Part shown: positions 49,003 through 58,569 of the stretch, one piece after another
Layout: the number at the start of each line of letters is the position of its first letter
Position numbering within the stretch: position 1 is the first letter of the stretch
Source: a virus
Taxonomy: Duplodnaviria > Caudoviricetes
Virus record (IMG/VR): IMGVR_UViG_3300020200_003236
Coordinates: 16,938 to 80,937 of that record
Strand: one strand, 5' to 3'
DNA: 64,000 bases
Position numbers and translations under genes: made by a program
The notes under the pieces: model-generated
What the model was told of the DNA's origin: nothing
The model's database searches: none
The model's input: the letters and a program-made list of their open reading frames with translations, nothing else

Positions 49003-49030
49003 AACAAGGCGGGCTACAACCCGCCTTGTT
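49003..49030 (+). terminator. Hairpin, probable intrinsic terminator
   Basis: AACAAGGCGGG-CTACAA-CCCGCCTTGTT, 11-bp stem, after gene 48521..48976. Confidence 0.7.
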
Positions 49031-49123
49031 TGCTTTACAACCCGCAGTTTTTGTGGTACAATCTTGGCGTGGATGAAAGCTACACGGAATAAGAAACAAG
49101 AAAACACCAGAGGGTATTTCGTC

Positions 49124-49723
49124 ATGAAAAGACAGCTTTGCAAAGTCTCTGTCGCTTTTTTGCCATTCCTATGTTTTTCCTCGCCTGCAACCGCCCAGTG
49201 AAACAACGTCCCTAACGGTTGGTCAACCGCTCCCAGTCTGCAAATGATGTACTCGACAAATTGCTCGCCAAGCCGGGATCAGCTTATCACTTGGCAGCAG
49301 GATATGTTGTACACGCAGCAACAGTATAAGCAGTTTTCCTCGTTGTCCTCCAAAATGATCGAGAAAGGGATTGCCAACAACGATCACCGTATAAGACTCG
49401 CCGCACTCTTGGCTGCTGGCGACAAACGATTGCCGATGCGGGGAATTTACCTCGAAACTTTGCTCGATACGAACGCCTTGGTACGGCAAGCCGGTCGCCG
49501 TAATCTCATCATTCTAAGTGCAGTTCACCTGAACCCGGAAAGCGATTGGATCACTTTGGCACGAAAAAATAAGCTGAAATTCGTGGATTTCGGCCCGCCG
49601 CCTTGCTGCAAGTTGGAAGAGGCCCAGGCATCGAAAGAATTGTGGACGACGTGGTTCGAGGAAGAATTGCCCAAATCACCGTTGTTGAAACCATTGGACA
49701 AGACAAAATTTATCCCCCAATAG
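49124..49723 (+). pseudogene. Secreted protein interrupted by an in-frame TGA
   Basis: MKRQLCKVSVAFLPFLCFSSPATAQ (signal-peptide-like), TGA at 49199-49201, then an open frame continuous with ORF 49244..49723. Confidence 0.55.
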
Positions 49724-49776
49724 TTTGGGGCCGCTTTCCGTTCGAGAACAGGCTATTCTCGATTATTTAAATCAGA

Positions 49777-50073
49777 ATGGAATTGGACCTCATGAGCGAG
49801 ATTTCTGATGGGCAAAATCGTAAAAAAAAGAGATTGCCACCACCTACAACCGTTCCTCAACAATTACTTGGATTGCAAATAGAATCCTACCATGTCGGGA
49901 GTTGGTGCCCAACACCCGATGGAACCGGCCCCGCTCAAGCTGTTTCGCTTGGCCTAAAACTTAAAGGATTACCCCACGAATTGGTTATGCGTTTGAAATC
50001 GCCCGAACGGGTCGATGAATTGATTCAAATGCTCTTGCGTCATAAACGTGATGTTTGGCCCGATGCCCCCTAA
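49777..50073 (+). CDS. Hypothetical protein
   Basis: 98-aa ORF in a plus-strand run. Confidence 0.5.
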   Translation: MELDLMSEISDGQNRKKKRLPPPTTVPQQLLGLQIESYHVGSWCPTPDGTGPAQAVSLGLKLKGLPHELVMRLKSPERVDELIQMLLRHKRDVWPDAP

Positions 50074-50085
50074 TCCGAGGAAATA

Positions 50086-51153
50086 ATGTCCCATTTTACC
50101 GTGATGGTCAAAGTCAAGAAGGATCGTCTCGAAAATCACGACGGCGAAATCGAACTCGCCATCCATGAAATGCTTCTCCCTTTTCAGGAAGAAGCCAATG
50201 AACAATATATGAAGTTCATCGACTGCACACAAGAAGTCGAAGATTCATTGAAATCAATCATCCACGCCGATGACTATCTCGCTGAACAACATCCCGATGC
50301 TGTCGGGAAAACGCTTGGCGAATTTTACGGCAGCTTCGATGCCGTCGCCAAGCAATATTACAGCTATCGCAAAGACCCCGCCACGGGCAAATACGGCTAC
50401 CAGAGAAATCCCAATGCCAAGTGGGACTGGTATCAAATCGGTGGCCGCTGGTCTGGATTTCTCCCCGTTAAGCAAACCGCCGAAGGTGTGAATACGGGCG
50501 GATTTGGCGAACGCTCATGGAGCAATGAAAACGAACCCCATGAGGATGAAACCGCAGATTATTGTCAAGTTAAAGACTTGAATATCGCCAAAATGGAAGC
50601 CGATGTTCTCAAGTCCGTTGACGAATTCTGGAAGGATTACAACGACTGGCTCACGATCAAGGACTTGTCGCACAAGGAAATACTGGAAAAGTATAGCACG
50701 CCCGGCAAGGAAGAAACCGACGAGACTCGCCGCTGGCGTGATCTTTCTATCTGGTTCCATGACCGCCTTCTAAGAATGGGCGTCTGTAAGTGTGTGAAAC
50801 CACGAGAACCTATGAATAATCCCGATGGCACGCCCATGATGGAAGAATACGAAGAATTCATGCCAACGGAAAATGGCGAAAAGAAACTTCGTTGCAAATT
50901 CTCCGAGCCAGTGTTTGAATATGCACCGCTGAATAAAAACGATCTTTATTCAAAGTATCGCTGGCACTTTGAATTCGGCACCTTCGCTGTATTGGATGAT
51001 GAAGGCTGGAAGGAAAAGGGCGAAATGGGCTGGTGGGGCATTTCCAGTGACTCCACCGAAGACCGGGAAGATTGGAGCAAATCCTACTTCCAAAGTTTCA
51101 TCGCCAACGAAGACCCCGAAACTACACTCGTTGTGGTAGATTGCCATATATGA
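50086..51153 (+). CDS. Phage-type hypothetical protein (NPNAKWDWYQIGGRW family)
   Basis: MSHFTVMV...NPNAKWDWYQIGGRWSG...FAVLDDEGWKEKGEMGWWG...VVVDCHI; RBS GAGG. Confidence 0.65.
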   Translation: MSHFTVMVKVKKDRLENHDGEIELAIHEMLLPFQEEANEQYMKFIDCTQEVEDSLKSIIHADDYLAEQHPDAVGKTLGEFYGSFDAVAKQYYSYRKDPATGKYGYQRNPNAKWDWYQIGGRWSGFLPVKQTAEGVNTGGFGERSWSNENEPHEDETADYCQVKDLNIAKMEADVLKSVDEFWKDYNDWLTIKDLSHKEILEKYSTPGKEETDETRRWRDLSIWFHDRLLRMGVCKCVKPREPMNNPDGTPMMEEYEEFMPTENGEKKLRCKFSEPVFEYAPLNKNDLYSKYRWHFEFGTFAVLDDEGWKEKGEMGWWGISSDSTEDREDWSKSYFQSFIANEDPETTLVVVDCHI

Positions 51154-51258
51154 GCCTTATCCGTGCCACAGAATTAGTCGTTGATGACAAATTCAAGCAT
51201 GTAAACAGACTTTTGGGTAAAGCCAAACATCGACTGCTGTATCCAGAAAGAAAATAAT

Positions 51259-51849
51259 ATGGCCAACCACGGATTTGTCAAAACCCGAAAAAAATTGACT
51301 GTTGAAAATATCAGTCAATTACTTGATGAACTCAACAAAACCCACTTCAAAAGTGGGTTTAAAATTGAGTATCACAAAGGCGATGAACATTCGTGGGGAC
51401 CACACGTTTGGATGCTGAAATATCCGTCCAAAGATCACGACGGCGATTGGGGCACCAGAGTTTGTTGGCTCAATACCAGTCGCTCATTTGAAATGAGACA
51501 CGGTGGTGGGGGCGATTTTATTTGGTGGGCTGATACCCTGATTCTTGACACAATCGCTGTTCGCTTTGACGGCAAAGTAAGCGATGAGGGTTGTGAAGGA
51601 AAGTGGCCCGGCACACCAGATAAAATCAGTACATTTGCAAAATATATGCAACGTCGTTGGGATCACGTTAAAAACCCCGACACCAAGAAGTTTTTGCTGG
51701 AATCGACCCTCGAACTAACACCACCCGAATTTCGGGATGAGTTCAATGCTGAGAGTAACAATGAGCAAAAGAGGCGACCGGGCACGAGCAAGGGTGCAGT
51801 CACTAAAAAGAAAAATAAAGAAAATGCAACAAGAACTACCCGAAGATGA
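51259..51849 (+). CDS. Hypothetical protein
   Basis: 196-aa ORF. Confidence 0.6.
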   Translation: MANHGFVKTRKKLTVENISQLLDELNKTHFKSGFKIEYHKGDEHSWGPHVWMLKYPSKDHDGDWGTRVCWLNTSRSFEMRHGGGGDFIWWADTLILDTIAVRFDGKVSDEGCEGKWPGTPDKISTFAKYMQRRWDHVKNPDTKKFLLESTLELTPPEFRDEFNAESNNEQKRRPGTSKGAVTKKKNKENATRTTRR

Positions 51850-52162
51850 TTTCCATATCATCTATGGACTAGCAATGTTGTCATTGTCTGTCCCCGAATC
51901 GCAATCCAAATGCTTGGAATTAGCCAATCGTTTCGTGAACGGTCAGCTACTCTTTGAAATCCTGAAAGATATTCACTATCAGGAATCATTGTGGGTTTCT
52001 ACGATGCCCACTCATGTGTTTACTCGCATGGTAGAAAATTGGAAACACTACAAAGGCAACAAAGAACTAAAACCGGACTTCATATACCAAATTTTTGGTA
52101 TGCTTACGGATAAGCATAAAAAACATTGGAGAGGCAACATTCCACCCCAGAGGCAAGCATGA
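51824..52162 (+). CDS. Hypothetical protein
   Basis: Start placed at MQQELPEDD; ATGA overlap with the next gene. Confidence 0.5.
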   Translation: MQQELPEDDFHIIYGLAMLSLSVPESQSKCLELANRFVNGQLLFEILKDIHYQESLWVSTMPTHVFTRMVENWKHYKGNKELKPDFIYQIFGMLTDKHKKHWRGNIPPQRQA

Positions 52163-52731
52163 AAAATTACCTTGTTAATTGCACACTTGGCATGGAACGT
52201 CAAGCTAATTACGAACGCCGCAAACAAATGGAAAGTGTATTTGAGCCAGACTTGACTCAAAACTTTCCTAATTCATCCGGCAATGTGGCCCACGAATTGC
52301 AAATCACAAAAGATACCCTCAAGTGCCAATTCCATGCCCATGACGACAATCCGCTCGATCCCAGACAATCAATCGAAGAGATGATGAATAATTTTGCTGA
52401 GCGGCGTCAACAATATGCCGCCCTCTACGAAGCAATCCCTTCGGCCTTGCTTCTCTATCGACTAATTTGTACTTTCGGCCCGGTCAAACTTGATTGTGAA
52501 GGCAACGAAGGCTACAAAATGGTCTGGTATTATGTGTTGAATCACAAACCAACCAACACCAAAATCGCATTCTCGGAATGGAAGGGAAGTTCAGGCTTCC
52601 ACACCACCTTCCATACCTACAAACAAATGCCAGAAAAACTTTGTAATGATCTGCTGGCTTTGATTGAATATTTGTTGAGCGATGAGTGTGGCCATCCCTA
52701 CGATGGACTCACCGCTGGTTCTGTGGCCTAA
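52159..52731 (+). CDS. Hypothetical protein
   Basis: ATGA-coupled start at 52159. Confidence 0.55.
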   Translation: MKNYLVNCTLGMERQANYERRKQMESVFEPDLTQNFPNSSGNVAHELQITKDTLKCQFHAHDDNPLDPRQSIEEMMNNFAERRQQYAALYEAIPSALLLYRLICTFGPVKLDCEGNEGYKMVWYYVLNHKPTNTKIAFSEWKGSSGFHTTFHTYKQMPEKLCNDLLALIEYLLSDECGHPYDGLTAGSVA

Positions 52732-52751
52732 CCATTTTAAGGAGTTTTCTA

Positions 52752-53030
52752 GTGAAAGAATCTACGACCGGAAGCAATGAATTCAACGGCTTTGGCGATA
52801 ACACCGTCAAAATCACCGACTGCCACGGCAAAACCATTTGCTTAATTGGCAGAACTTCGAGTGAACCAAAAGAATTGATTCATTTTCCATCCCCCGTTCC
52901 ACTCGAAGTGATCGCTGGCGTTCAAATGCTCTTGGAAAAACGCAAAATGCGCAAGGCAATGAAACAGGGTAATTTCGGCAAGGCCCAGAAATTTGTTGAT
53001 CGAAAATGGGTAGAAGTGTGTTCTGGTTAA
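52752..53030 (+). CDS. Hypothetical protein
   Basis: GTG start after AAGGAG. Confidence 0.5.
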   Translation: MKESTTGSNEFNGFGDNTVKITDCHGKTICLIGRTSSEPKELIHFPSPVPLEVIAGVQMLLEKRKMRKAMKQGNFGKAQKFVDRKWVEVCSG

Positions 53031-53099
53031 AGAATATACCCTAAAATGCTATATATGACTGCGTGTAATCCACACGCAGTCATATATTTTAGGGGAATA

Positions 53100-53636
53100 A
53101 TGAAACTAATTATTACTGCACTTCTGGTCGTTTTGTTGATCCCAGCAATCCTTTTCGGTGCCGAAGCAAATGTAAAGTCTTCTTTTACTGTAAAAGCACC
53201 ATATCAAAAAACTATTGATTTTATCAATAATAATCCCAAGAAAATGCGTGACGCCGCAGGCATTGAAGTTCTTCAAGACTTGGGCAACGGCAAACTCAAA
53301 GTAAAACGAGAAACACTCAAAGGCGATTTTACTTGGATTATGCAAGAGGATGTCGAAGAAAAAAATAGTGTCTATATCTACAACTCAAAATTTGTCGAAT
53401 CAATTGAAGGTGGAATTGAAGATTCTTACACAAATATAATTGTTAAAGCTAACCGGAATTATGTCACAGTTGATATAAATATAAAAGTCGTAATAAATAA
53501 TGGCAAAGTAACAAATTTTGATTTATTCTTTGATTTGAAAAGGCAAATAAGAAAAATAGAAAAACTATTGCAGTTGCACTTGGAAAAAGATTGGGACATA
53601 AGTAATAAGGAATTCTCTCCAAATGGCGATTTATGA
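53100..53636 (+). CDS. Secreted protein, possibly SRPBCC/START-like fold
   Basis: MKLIITALLVVLLIPAILFGA signal peptide; SFTVKAPYQKTIDFI resembles the SRPBCC first strand-helix. Confidence 0.45.
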   Translation: MKLIITALLVVLLIPAILFGAEANVKSSFTVKAPYQKTIDFINNNPKKMRDAAGIEVLQDLGNGKLKVKRETLKGDFTWIMQEDVEEKNSVYIYNSKFVESIEGGIEDSYTNIIVKANRNYVTVDINIKVVINNGKVTNFDLFFDLKRQIRKIEKLLQLHLEKDWDISNKEFSPNGDL

Positions 53637-53805
53637 GCCACCTTCCCCAAATCAACTACAAAATATCCCGGCTGAGATTGGTCAGATACATAATAGTGCA
53701 TGGATGCTCTTCGGGCATGGAGGCCCATGTTTTATGCCAATCAAAATGTCCCCACTAGATAACCTGCCATGATGAATGGTCAATGAGGATTTGAGAACAG
53801 GTAAA

Positions 53806-54723
53806 CTAAAAACCTAACACTTCCTTACACCACTCGACCCCGAAATAACTTCTGGCAAAACCTCTTAATTTCTCTGCGTCACTGTTGGTACGCAATTTGT
53901 TTAAGTAAGCAGTTGCCTCTGATTCGTTATTATAGATTCTTACCGATCTTTCGATATTCCACATCAAAAACGCCTTTAATTGCGTGTCGTCGTATCCACC
54001 CTTCTCTTTCACAACCATCGCCAAACTCATCGCATAAACATTAAATTCCATCATATAGGTGACGGTTTCAGCCCTGCTCTGAATTCTTAAATCCTTGCGG
54101 ACCTCTGACCCATTCGTATAAGCTACCCATTCATCAAAAATATACAACGGCGTATCATTCCAACTCCCAGCCTGTTGTACCATATAAAGGTTATACACCT
54201 CACCTCTTAAACTTTGGGGAACCTTAGCCGCTGCCGCACGAATTGTCGTAGGGGGTTCTACAATCACCACCGCCCGATCCTCTAAACAATAAAACCCATT
54301 CACCCGCTCAGCCACCTTCACCAAATATGGCTCGCCCCTGAAAAAGAAAAATCTGAGCTTATGCTTCACAATCCATTTCTGATTGCGATTACGAATATTT
54401 GAGTTAATACCGTGAGTCGTCTCATGGCCCCATGTAATCTTGTCATTATCTTTATAAATATGACCCGCTGGCATGTGAGATTCTATATCACCCAATACCT
54501 TGCCTAATGAACTATCCACACTACGCACCTTGGGCCAATTGATGAAAACCGGCTCAACTCGTTTGGGTGGCTCTGGATTAACTGGCTCTGGATCAACCAC
54601 AATGGGTTGCGTAAACCGATCTACGATTACGGTCGGGAAATCAACCTTTTTAAGTTGATACACTATGCCCATTGAGATGAGCAAAATAAGCAGCATGACA
54701 ACGAAGACTCTGATTGAAGTCAA
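53806..54723 (-). CDS. Membrane-anchored zinc metallopeptidase-like protein
   Basis: N-terminal TM helix; WGHETTHGINS (HExxH) and downstream YIFDEWVAY. Confidence 0.55.
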   Translation of the reverse strand: MTSIRVFVVMLLILLISMGIVYQLKKVDFPTVIVDRFTQPIVVDPEPVNPEPPKRVEPVFINWPKVRSVDSSLGKVLGDIESHMPAGHIYKDNDKITWGHETTHGINSNIRNRNQKWIVKHKLRFFFFRGEPYLVKVAERVNGFYCLEDRAVVIVEPPTTIRAAAAKVPQSLRGEVYNLYMVQQAGSWNDTPLYIFDEWVAYTNGSEVRKDLRIQSRAETVTYMMEFNVYAMSLAMVVKEKGGYDDTQLKAFLMWNIERSVRIYNNESEATAYLNKLRTNSDAEKLRGFARSYFGVEWCKEVLGF

Positions 54724-54740
54724 AATAACACTTAATTTAA

Positions 54741-54962
54741 TTATATTGCACCTTCTCTAGCGTAACTTCTAACCGCTGCCACAAAACGATGAGCATCCCA
54801 ATCTGCCGGTATCTCCGCACCTAACATATTGACCAATTCCTCAGAAGGAGTTGCCGCCACAGTTTTTGGGTCCAAACCATGTTGATACATCAAAACATTC
54901 AACACTCGTTGTACTTGTTGAAGCTGCTGGTCCCGACCTTCAATGTATTTGCTAAATTTCAT
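54741..54962 (-). CDS. Small hypothetical protein
   Basis: 73 aa, starts MKFSKYIE. Confidence 0.55.
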   Translation of the reverse strand: MKFSKYIEGRDQQLQQVQRVLNVLMYQHGLDPKTVAATPSEELVNMLGAEIPADWDAHRFVAAVRSYAREGAI

Positions 54963-55675
54963 TAGTCATTTTCCTTGTCGGGTACAATCATCATATAACT
55001 ATGTATATCTACTGCTCTCAAAGCCAAAACCAAAGGATCGATAGTTCCTTTGCCAGAACACACATCACATTGAAGAATATTTACATATTTCCCTGATCCA
55101 CCGCAGGCGGGACATTCCAAACTACATATGTCCCCATGCATATCATGAGTAAATTTCCAGCAATTGATAAACGTGGAAATAGGCATACATCGAATAATTC
55201 CTGAGCCGGGATCAGCAAGTCGGATAGTTGTTTCGTCATATCCGTAAGCCACGCAATAATGCCATGTCGTCTTGCTGGATCGGACTAGCACAATGACTGG
55301 CTTGCCTTCGGAAATGAACTGCTTGAGTTGACCAACATGGCCACGGCGAACACGGCTTTTGACGCCGAATTTGTGCAAAGCAACTCTCAGGGCGTCCGGG
55401 GCGGTCATGCCAAAATTTGTGCCGTCTGGGAATTTAATCCATTCGGTGAGGGATTCTTTTTTAACTTCATCAAGCGTCACGTCTTTACTATAATAGCGCA
55501 ATAACATGGTGGCACTCGTTGGGCCGCAAGTGATACCATCAGGCTGAGCGATGATATACTTCTCAAAATTATCGAGCCTGTGAGTTGACGGGGCAGGCGT
55601 GCGATTCAAACTTTGGAAGGAAAATAAACCTACAAAGATTGCAATCAATACGGCAGATAACAAATATTCTTTCAA
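54962..55675 (-). CDS. C39-like cysteine peptidase with signal peptide and DnaJ-type Zn finger
   Basis: QPDGITCGPTSATMLLRYY (Q..C), HYCVAYGYD (H), RLADP (D); CPACGGSG and CDVCSGKG. Confidence 0.8.
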   Translation of the reverse strand: MKEYLLSAVLIAIFVGLFSFQSLNRTPAPSTHRLDNFEKYIIAQPDGITCGPTSATMLLRYYSKDVTLDEVKKESLTEWIKFPDGTNFGMTAPDALRVALHKFGVKSRVRRGHVGQLKQFISEGKPVIVLVRSSKTTWHYCVAYGYDETTIRLADPGSGIIRCMPISTFINCWKFTHDMHGDICSLECPACGGSGKYVNILQCDVCSGKGTIDPLVLALRAVDIHSYMMIVPDKEND

Positions 55676-55686
55676 GGTAATTCCTT

Positions 55687-56292
55687 ATGTATTTAATAAC
55701 GGATTCAGATAACAAAACTTGGCGTGGTGAACAATGGGATGTAAATGTCACTCACACCGAAAGCAATGACAATTATCATTTCTTTGTTTATCCCAATCCA
55801 TTAACAGCTTTATTTATGTATCCCACATACGAAATAGATATAAACAATCCTATACTTTGGAAAGGCAAAGGAGAAGACATAAGCCGAGAGTGGGGAATTC
55901 GCAATAGCTACGGAAAATTCACAACCTTAGAAAAAATCGAAGCCACTTTCCCCACCGAAGAACAATCCATGATCTTCGGATTCATCAACGCTCTAGCTGT
56001 GGCTCGACATAAGACATTTAATGATTGGGCGTTGAAATTTCTAAAAAAAGAAGACGAGACTCTGGAATCAGCCAACAAAATGTTGGATAATATTGTGTTT
56101 GAGGACAATTGTAGTTGTGCCCATGCTCTTGTAGGCGGAATCGAAAAGAAAGACTTTCACAGATATGCAGCATATGCTTCTCATCGAGCATGGCATGACA
56201 GTTTAGATCAGAGAGTTCCCATTGATTTGGAACAAGCTGCACAAATCGCTTTAACAGTTCCTTTGAATGACATAATTCAGATATTAGGGTAG
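55687..56292 (+). CDS. Hypothetical protein
   Basis: 201-aa ORF. Confidence 0.6.
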   Translation: MYLITDSDNKTWRGEQWDVNVTHTESNDNYHFFVYPNPLTALFMYPTYEIDINNPILWKGKGEDISREWGIRNSYGKFTTLEKIEATFPTEEQSMIFGFINALAVARHKTFNDWALKFLKKEDETLESANKMLDNIVFEDNCSCAHALVGGIEKKDFHRYAAYASHRAWHDSLDQRVPIDLEQAAQIALTVPLNDIIQILG

Positions 56293-56294
56293 TC

Positions 56295-57014
56295 ATGCAT
56301 GTTTACCGCCAAGGATATTCTGTCTTGCCTGCTCTCCAAAAATTGGAAGGATCACCTTTTGTAGAAAATAAACATTTAATGCGAGCTAGGCAAAAAGCCA
56401 CAAAAACACAAAAAGTATTTTTTGAGCATGATATAAATGAGGAAATATATGCTCCCATTTGTGAATATATTTCTAAAGAAACAAATCAAGAAAATAAATC
56501 TTTTCAGGATTTAGCTTTTAATCTGGCCGAAGACGTAATTATTCATCGCATTCGAGACAATAAAGACTGGATGGCAGCAGGACATATTTGCTTCCCATCA
56601 GGCTGGTGGCCAGAAGACAAGATTGGAAAACCACTTGAGGAAATTCATGCTCCTATACCGGGAATGAGAAACAATCATTTCAAATTAGCAGAAACAATGA
56701 TAAATTCGGGACCATTCCTGAGATATGTGTGGAGCGTAATCTTCGAGAATCGAGTTAATTTTCACCCAAGTGTGCCCAAAAAAGCATTTAATCCTTTAAC
56801 AAATGCAGTTTATGTCAAAGTCGAAGAACAAATGACAATAGCATTCCCAAAAATTCAAGCAGGATTGTTTGTTCTAAGACAGAATCTAATTTTTCCGGGT
56901 GAAATTGATTATCCAAGTCTTTATCAAGCCTGTAAAAACATGACACCTGAACAAAGAGAATATAAAGGCGTCACAGAAGAACTAATTGAATGTTTAGAAA
57001 AAACCTATTGGTAA
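56295..57014 (+). CDS. DUF3445 / heme-dependent oxidative N-demethylase alpha-subunit-like protein
   Basis: LAEDVII...AAGHICFPSGWWPEDKIGKPLEEIHAPIPG...RYVWSV...VKVEEQ...LFVLR...YKG. Confidence 0.8.
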   Translation: MHVYRQGYSVLPALQKLEGSPFVENKHLMRARQKATKTQKVFFEHDINEEIYAPICEYISKETNQENKSFQDLAFNLAEDVIIHRIRDNKDWMAAGHICFPSGWWPEDKIGKPLEEIHAPIPGMRNNHFKLAETMINSGPFLRYVWSVIFENRVNFHPSVPKKAFNPLTNAVYVKVEEQMTIAFPKIQAGLFVLRQNLIFPGEIDYPSLYQACKNMTPEQREYKGVTEELIECLEKTYW

Positions 57015-57153
57015 CTCTGATAAATCATGTGGACTTCACCTTAATACATCAATTTTTGAGTGAATGAGCTTTTTACGGGCCATTACGATTTAGTCCCGAA
57101 ACTACTGGAAAATATTTGAAGGATAATAATGATAATGTGAAGGAATTTTAGAA

Positions 57154-57426
57154 ATGACACAACAAGAACACGAAAATAAAAAAATTCATGAAATTCGACA
57201 CCTTGCAATCGTCCTGCATGACACACATTGCAATGACGGAAAAGAGTGCGAATGGAAGTTTGAAAATTGGGTTAATTTAGAAATCAATCATCATAAAGCG
57301 AACTTCTACGACAAGGCCGAAAAAGTGTATAATTGGTTCGGGCAGGACTATCAAGGTGCCAAAAGGTTCATCGAACTACTCGAAACGTGCCCTAATGCCT
57401 CCAAAATGTTCTTCCAGAACTTGTAA
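57154..57426 (+). CDS. Hypothetical protein
   Basis: 90-aa ORF preceded by AAGGA. Confidence 0.5.
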   Translation: MTQQEHENKKIHEIRHLAIVLHDTHCNDGKECEWKFENWVNLEINHHKANFYDKAEKVYNWFGQDYQGAKRFIELLETCPNASKMFFQNL

Positions 57427-57680
57427 TGAGGGCTTACACGGTTAATTCATGGGGTATCTTTGCGTATGAAACTCTGATGGTAGAGTCACCAAAAGTGCCG
57501 GATCGCCAACTTGCAGCGTTTCCCAAAGCATGGCACCATTATACCCTCAATCGGCTCATCCATGCATTTTAGAATATATTCATGGAAATGACGCATTCCA
57601 ACTTCTGTTGGGCGATGGTAAGGTCCATGATCTTCATATCCTGTCATCCATAATTGATAACGTCCTTGAAGAATAATCGA

Positions 57681-57712
57681 AAAATAAGCCCTGAAAAATC
57701 AGGGCTTATTTT
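57681..57712. terminator. Bidirectional hairpin terminator
   Basis: AAAATAAGCCCTGA-AAAA-TCAGGGCTTATTTT, perfect 14-bp stem. Confidence 0.8.
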
Positions 57713-57820
57713 ATTGCCCACACAAATAGAATCACGCCTATTGTGAGCAAGATGTTCAACACGAAATAAAATACAGGATGCTTAAATTCGTGTTCAGAAA
57801 CAAGATTATAATACAACATA

Positions 57821-57843
57821 GTGGAGCCGAGGGGAGTCGAACC
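57821..57843 (-). other. Isolated tmRNA/tRNA-Ala-like 3' end (T-loop and acceptor strand)
   Basis: Minus strand GGTTCGACTCCCCTCGGCTCCAC. The 5' T-stem strand is incomplete (AACGG) and no intact 5' half was found. Confidence 0.6.
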
Positions 57844-57898
57844 GTTCCCAGAAATCTACGGAAATCTGGGTTTGACGAAATCAACCCAAGTCCAGCCG

Positions 57899-58500
57899 TT
57901 ATACGCTGAAAACTCGTAGCGGATTGACCCGTACTGGCCTTGCGGCAAGGCTCTTATCAAGTCGGAGAACTATGTCCTCGTTCCTGATTACTTTTCTCCC
58001 AATGTTCGCTGACCCATTGCAGTCATTGATGACCCGCCCATCACTGGAACGATAACGCCCACGACCCATGCGAGTGCCACTGAACTCATGCTTCACACCA
58101 GCAACATACTCAGGCAATGAATCACGGTCAAAGAAACTGGCCTTGCTGGTGTACGCCTCCTCCGTGAAAACCACATCAAGTCCAGCCAGTGCTGCCTTGT
58201 ACTTGACTTTCTCCAAGAGCCGCCAGAACGGAACATTCTGGAAGTCCGTCCTTGTCCTCTTGTCCAGCTTCTTCATACCTTGCTTCCAACCATCGTTCTT
58301 GCCAATGATGATCGTGCCAATGCCGTGTTTCAGGCAGTGCTGCACGATGAACTTGCTGACGTGGTGGAAGTAGTTTTCCAACCGGAAGTAGCGTTTCCTG
58401 CTTTCACGCTTGGTCTTGTGCCTGTTGTAGTGCTTGTTGATGCTCTTGCAAATGCGACCATTGACCAGTATTGGAGTCGTCTGATCGGAAGTTATCGCAG
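57899..58500 (-). pseudogene. tnpB: 5'-truncated TnpB (IS200/IS605/IS607-type RNA-guided nuclease)
   Basis: AAITSD..PILVNG, YFHHVSKFIV, IIIGKNDGWKQ, YKAALAGLDVVFTEEAYTSKAS, INDCNGSANI. RuvC-I (GIDLG) and the N-terminus are absent; upstream boundary approximate. Confidence 0.85.
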
Positions 58501-58569
58501 CAGATTTCGGTCTAAAAATGACTAAGATACCTTTACAAACCGAGAATTCTGTCGTACAATCCATACAAT

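Noticed and set aside
816-49201. Alternative genetic code (stop-codon reassignment)
   Set aside because: The two suspicious internal stops are different codons (TAA, TGA), and TAA, TAG and TGA all terminate well-formed genes elsewhere in the window.
57821-57843. Complete tRNA or tmRNA gene
   Set aside because: Only the T-loop and acceptor 3' strand are present; no intact D-arm, anticodon arm or GGGGCCG 5' strand at the expected distance.
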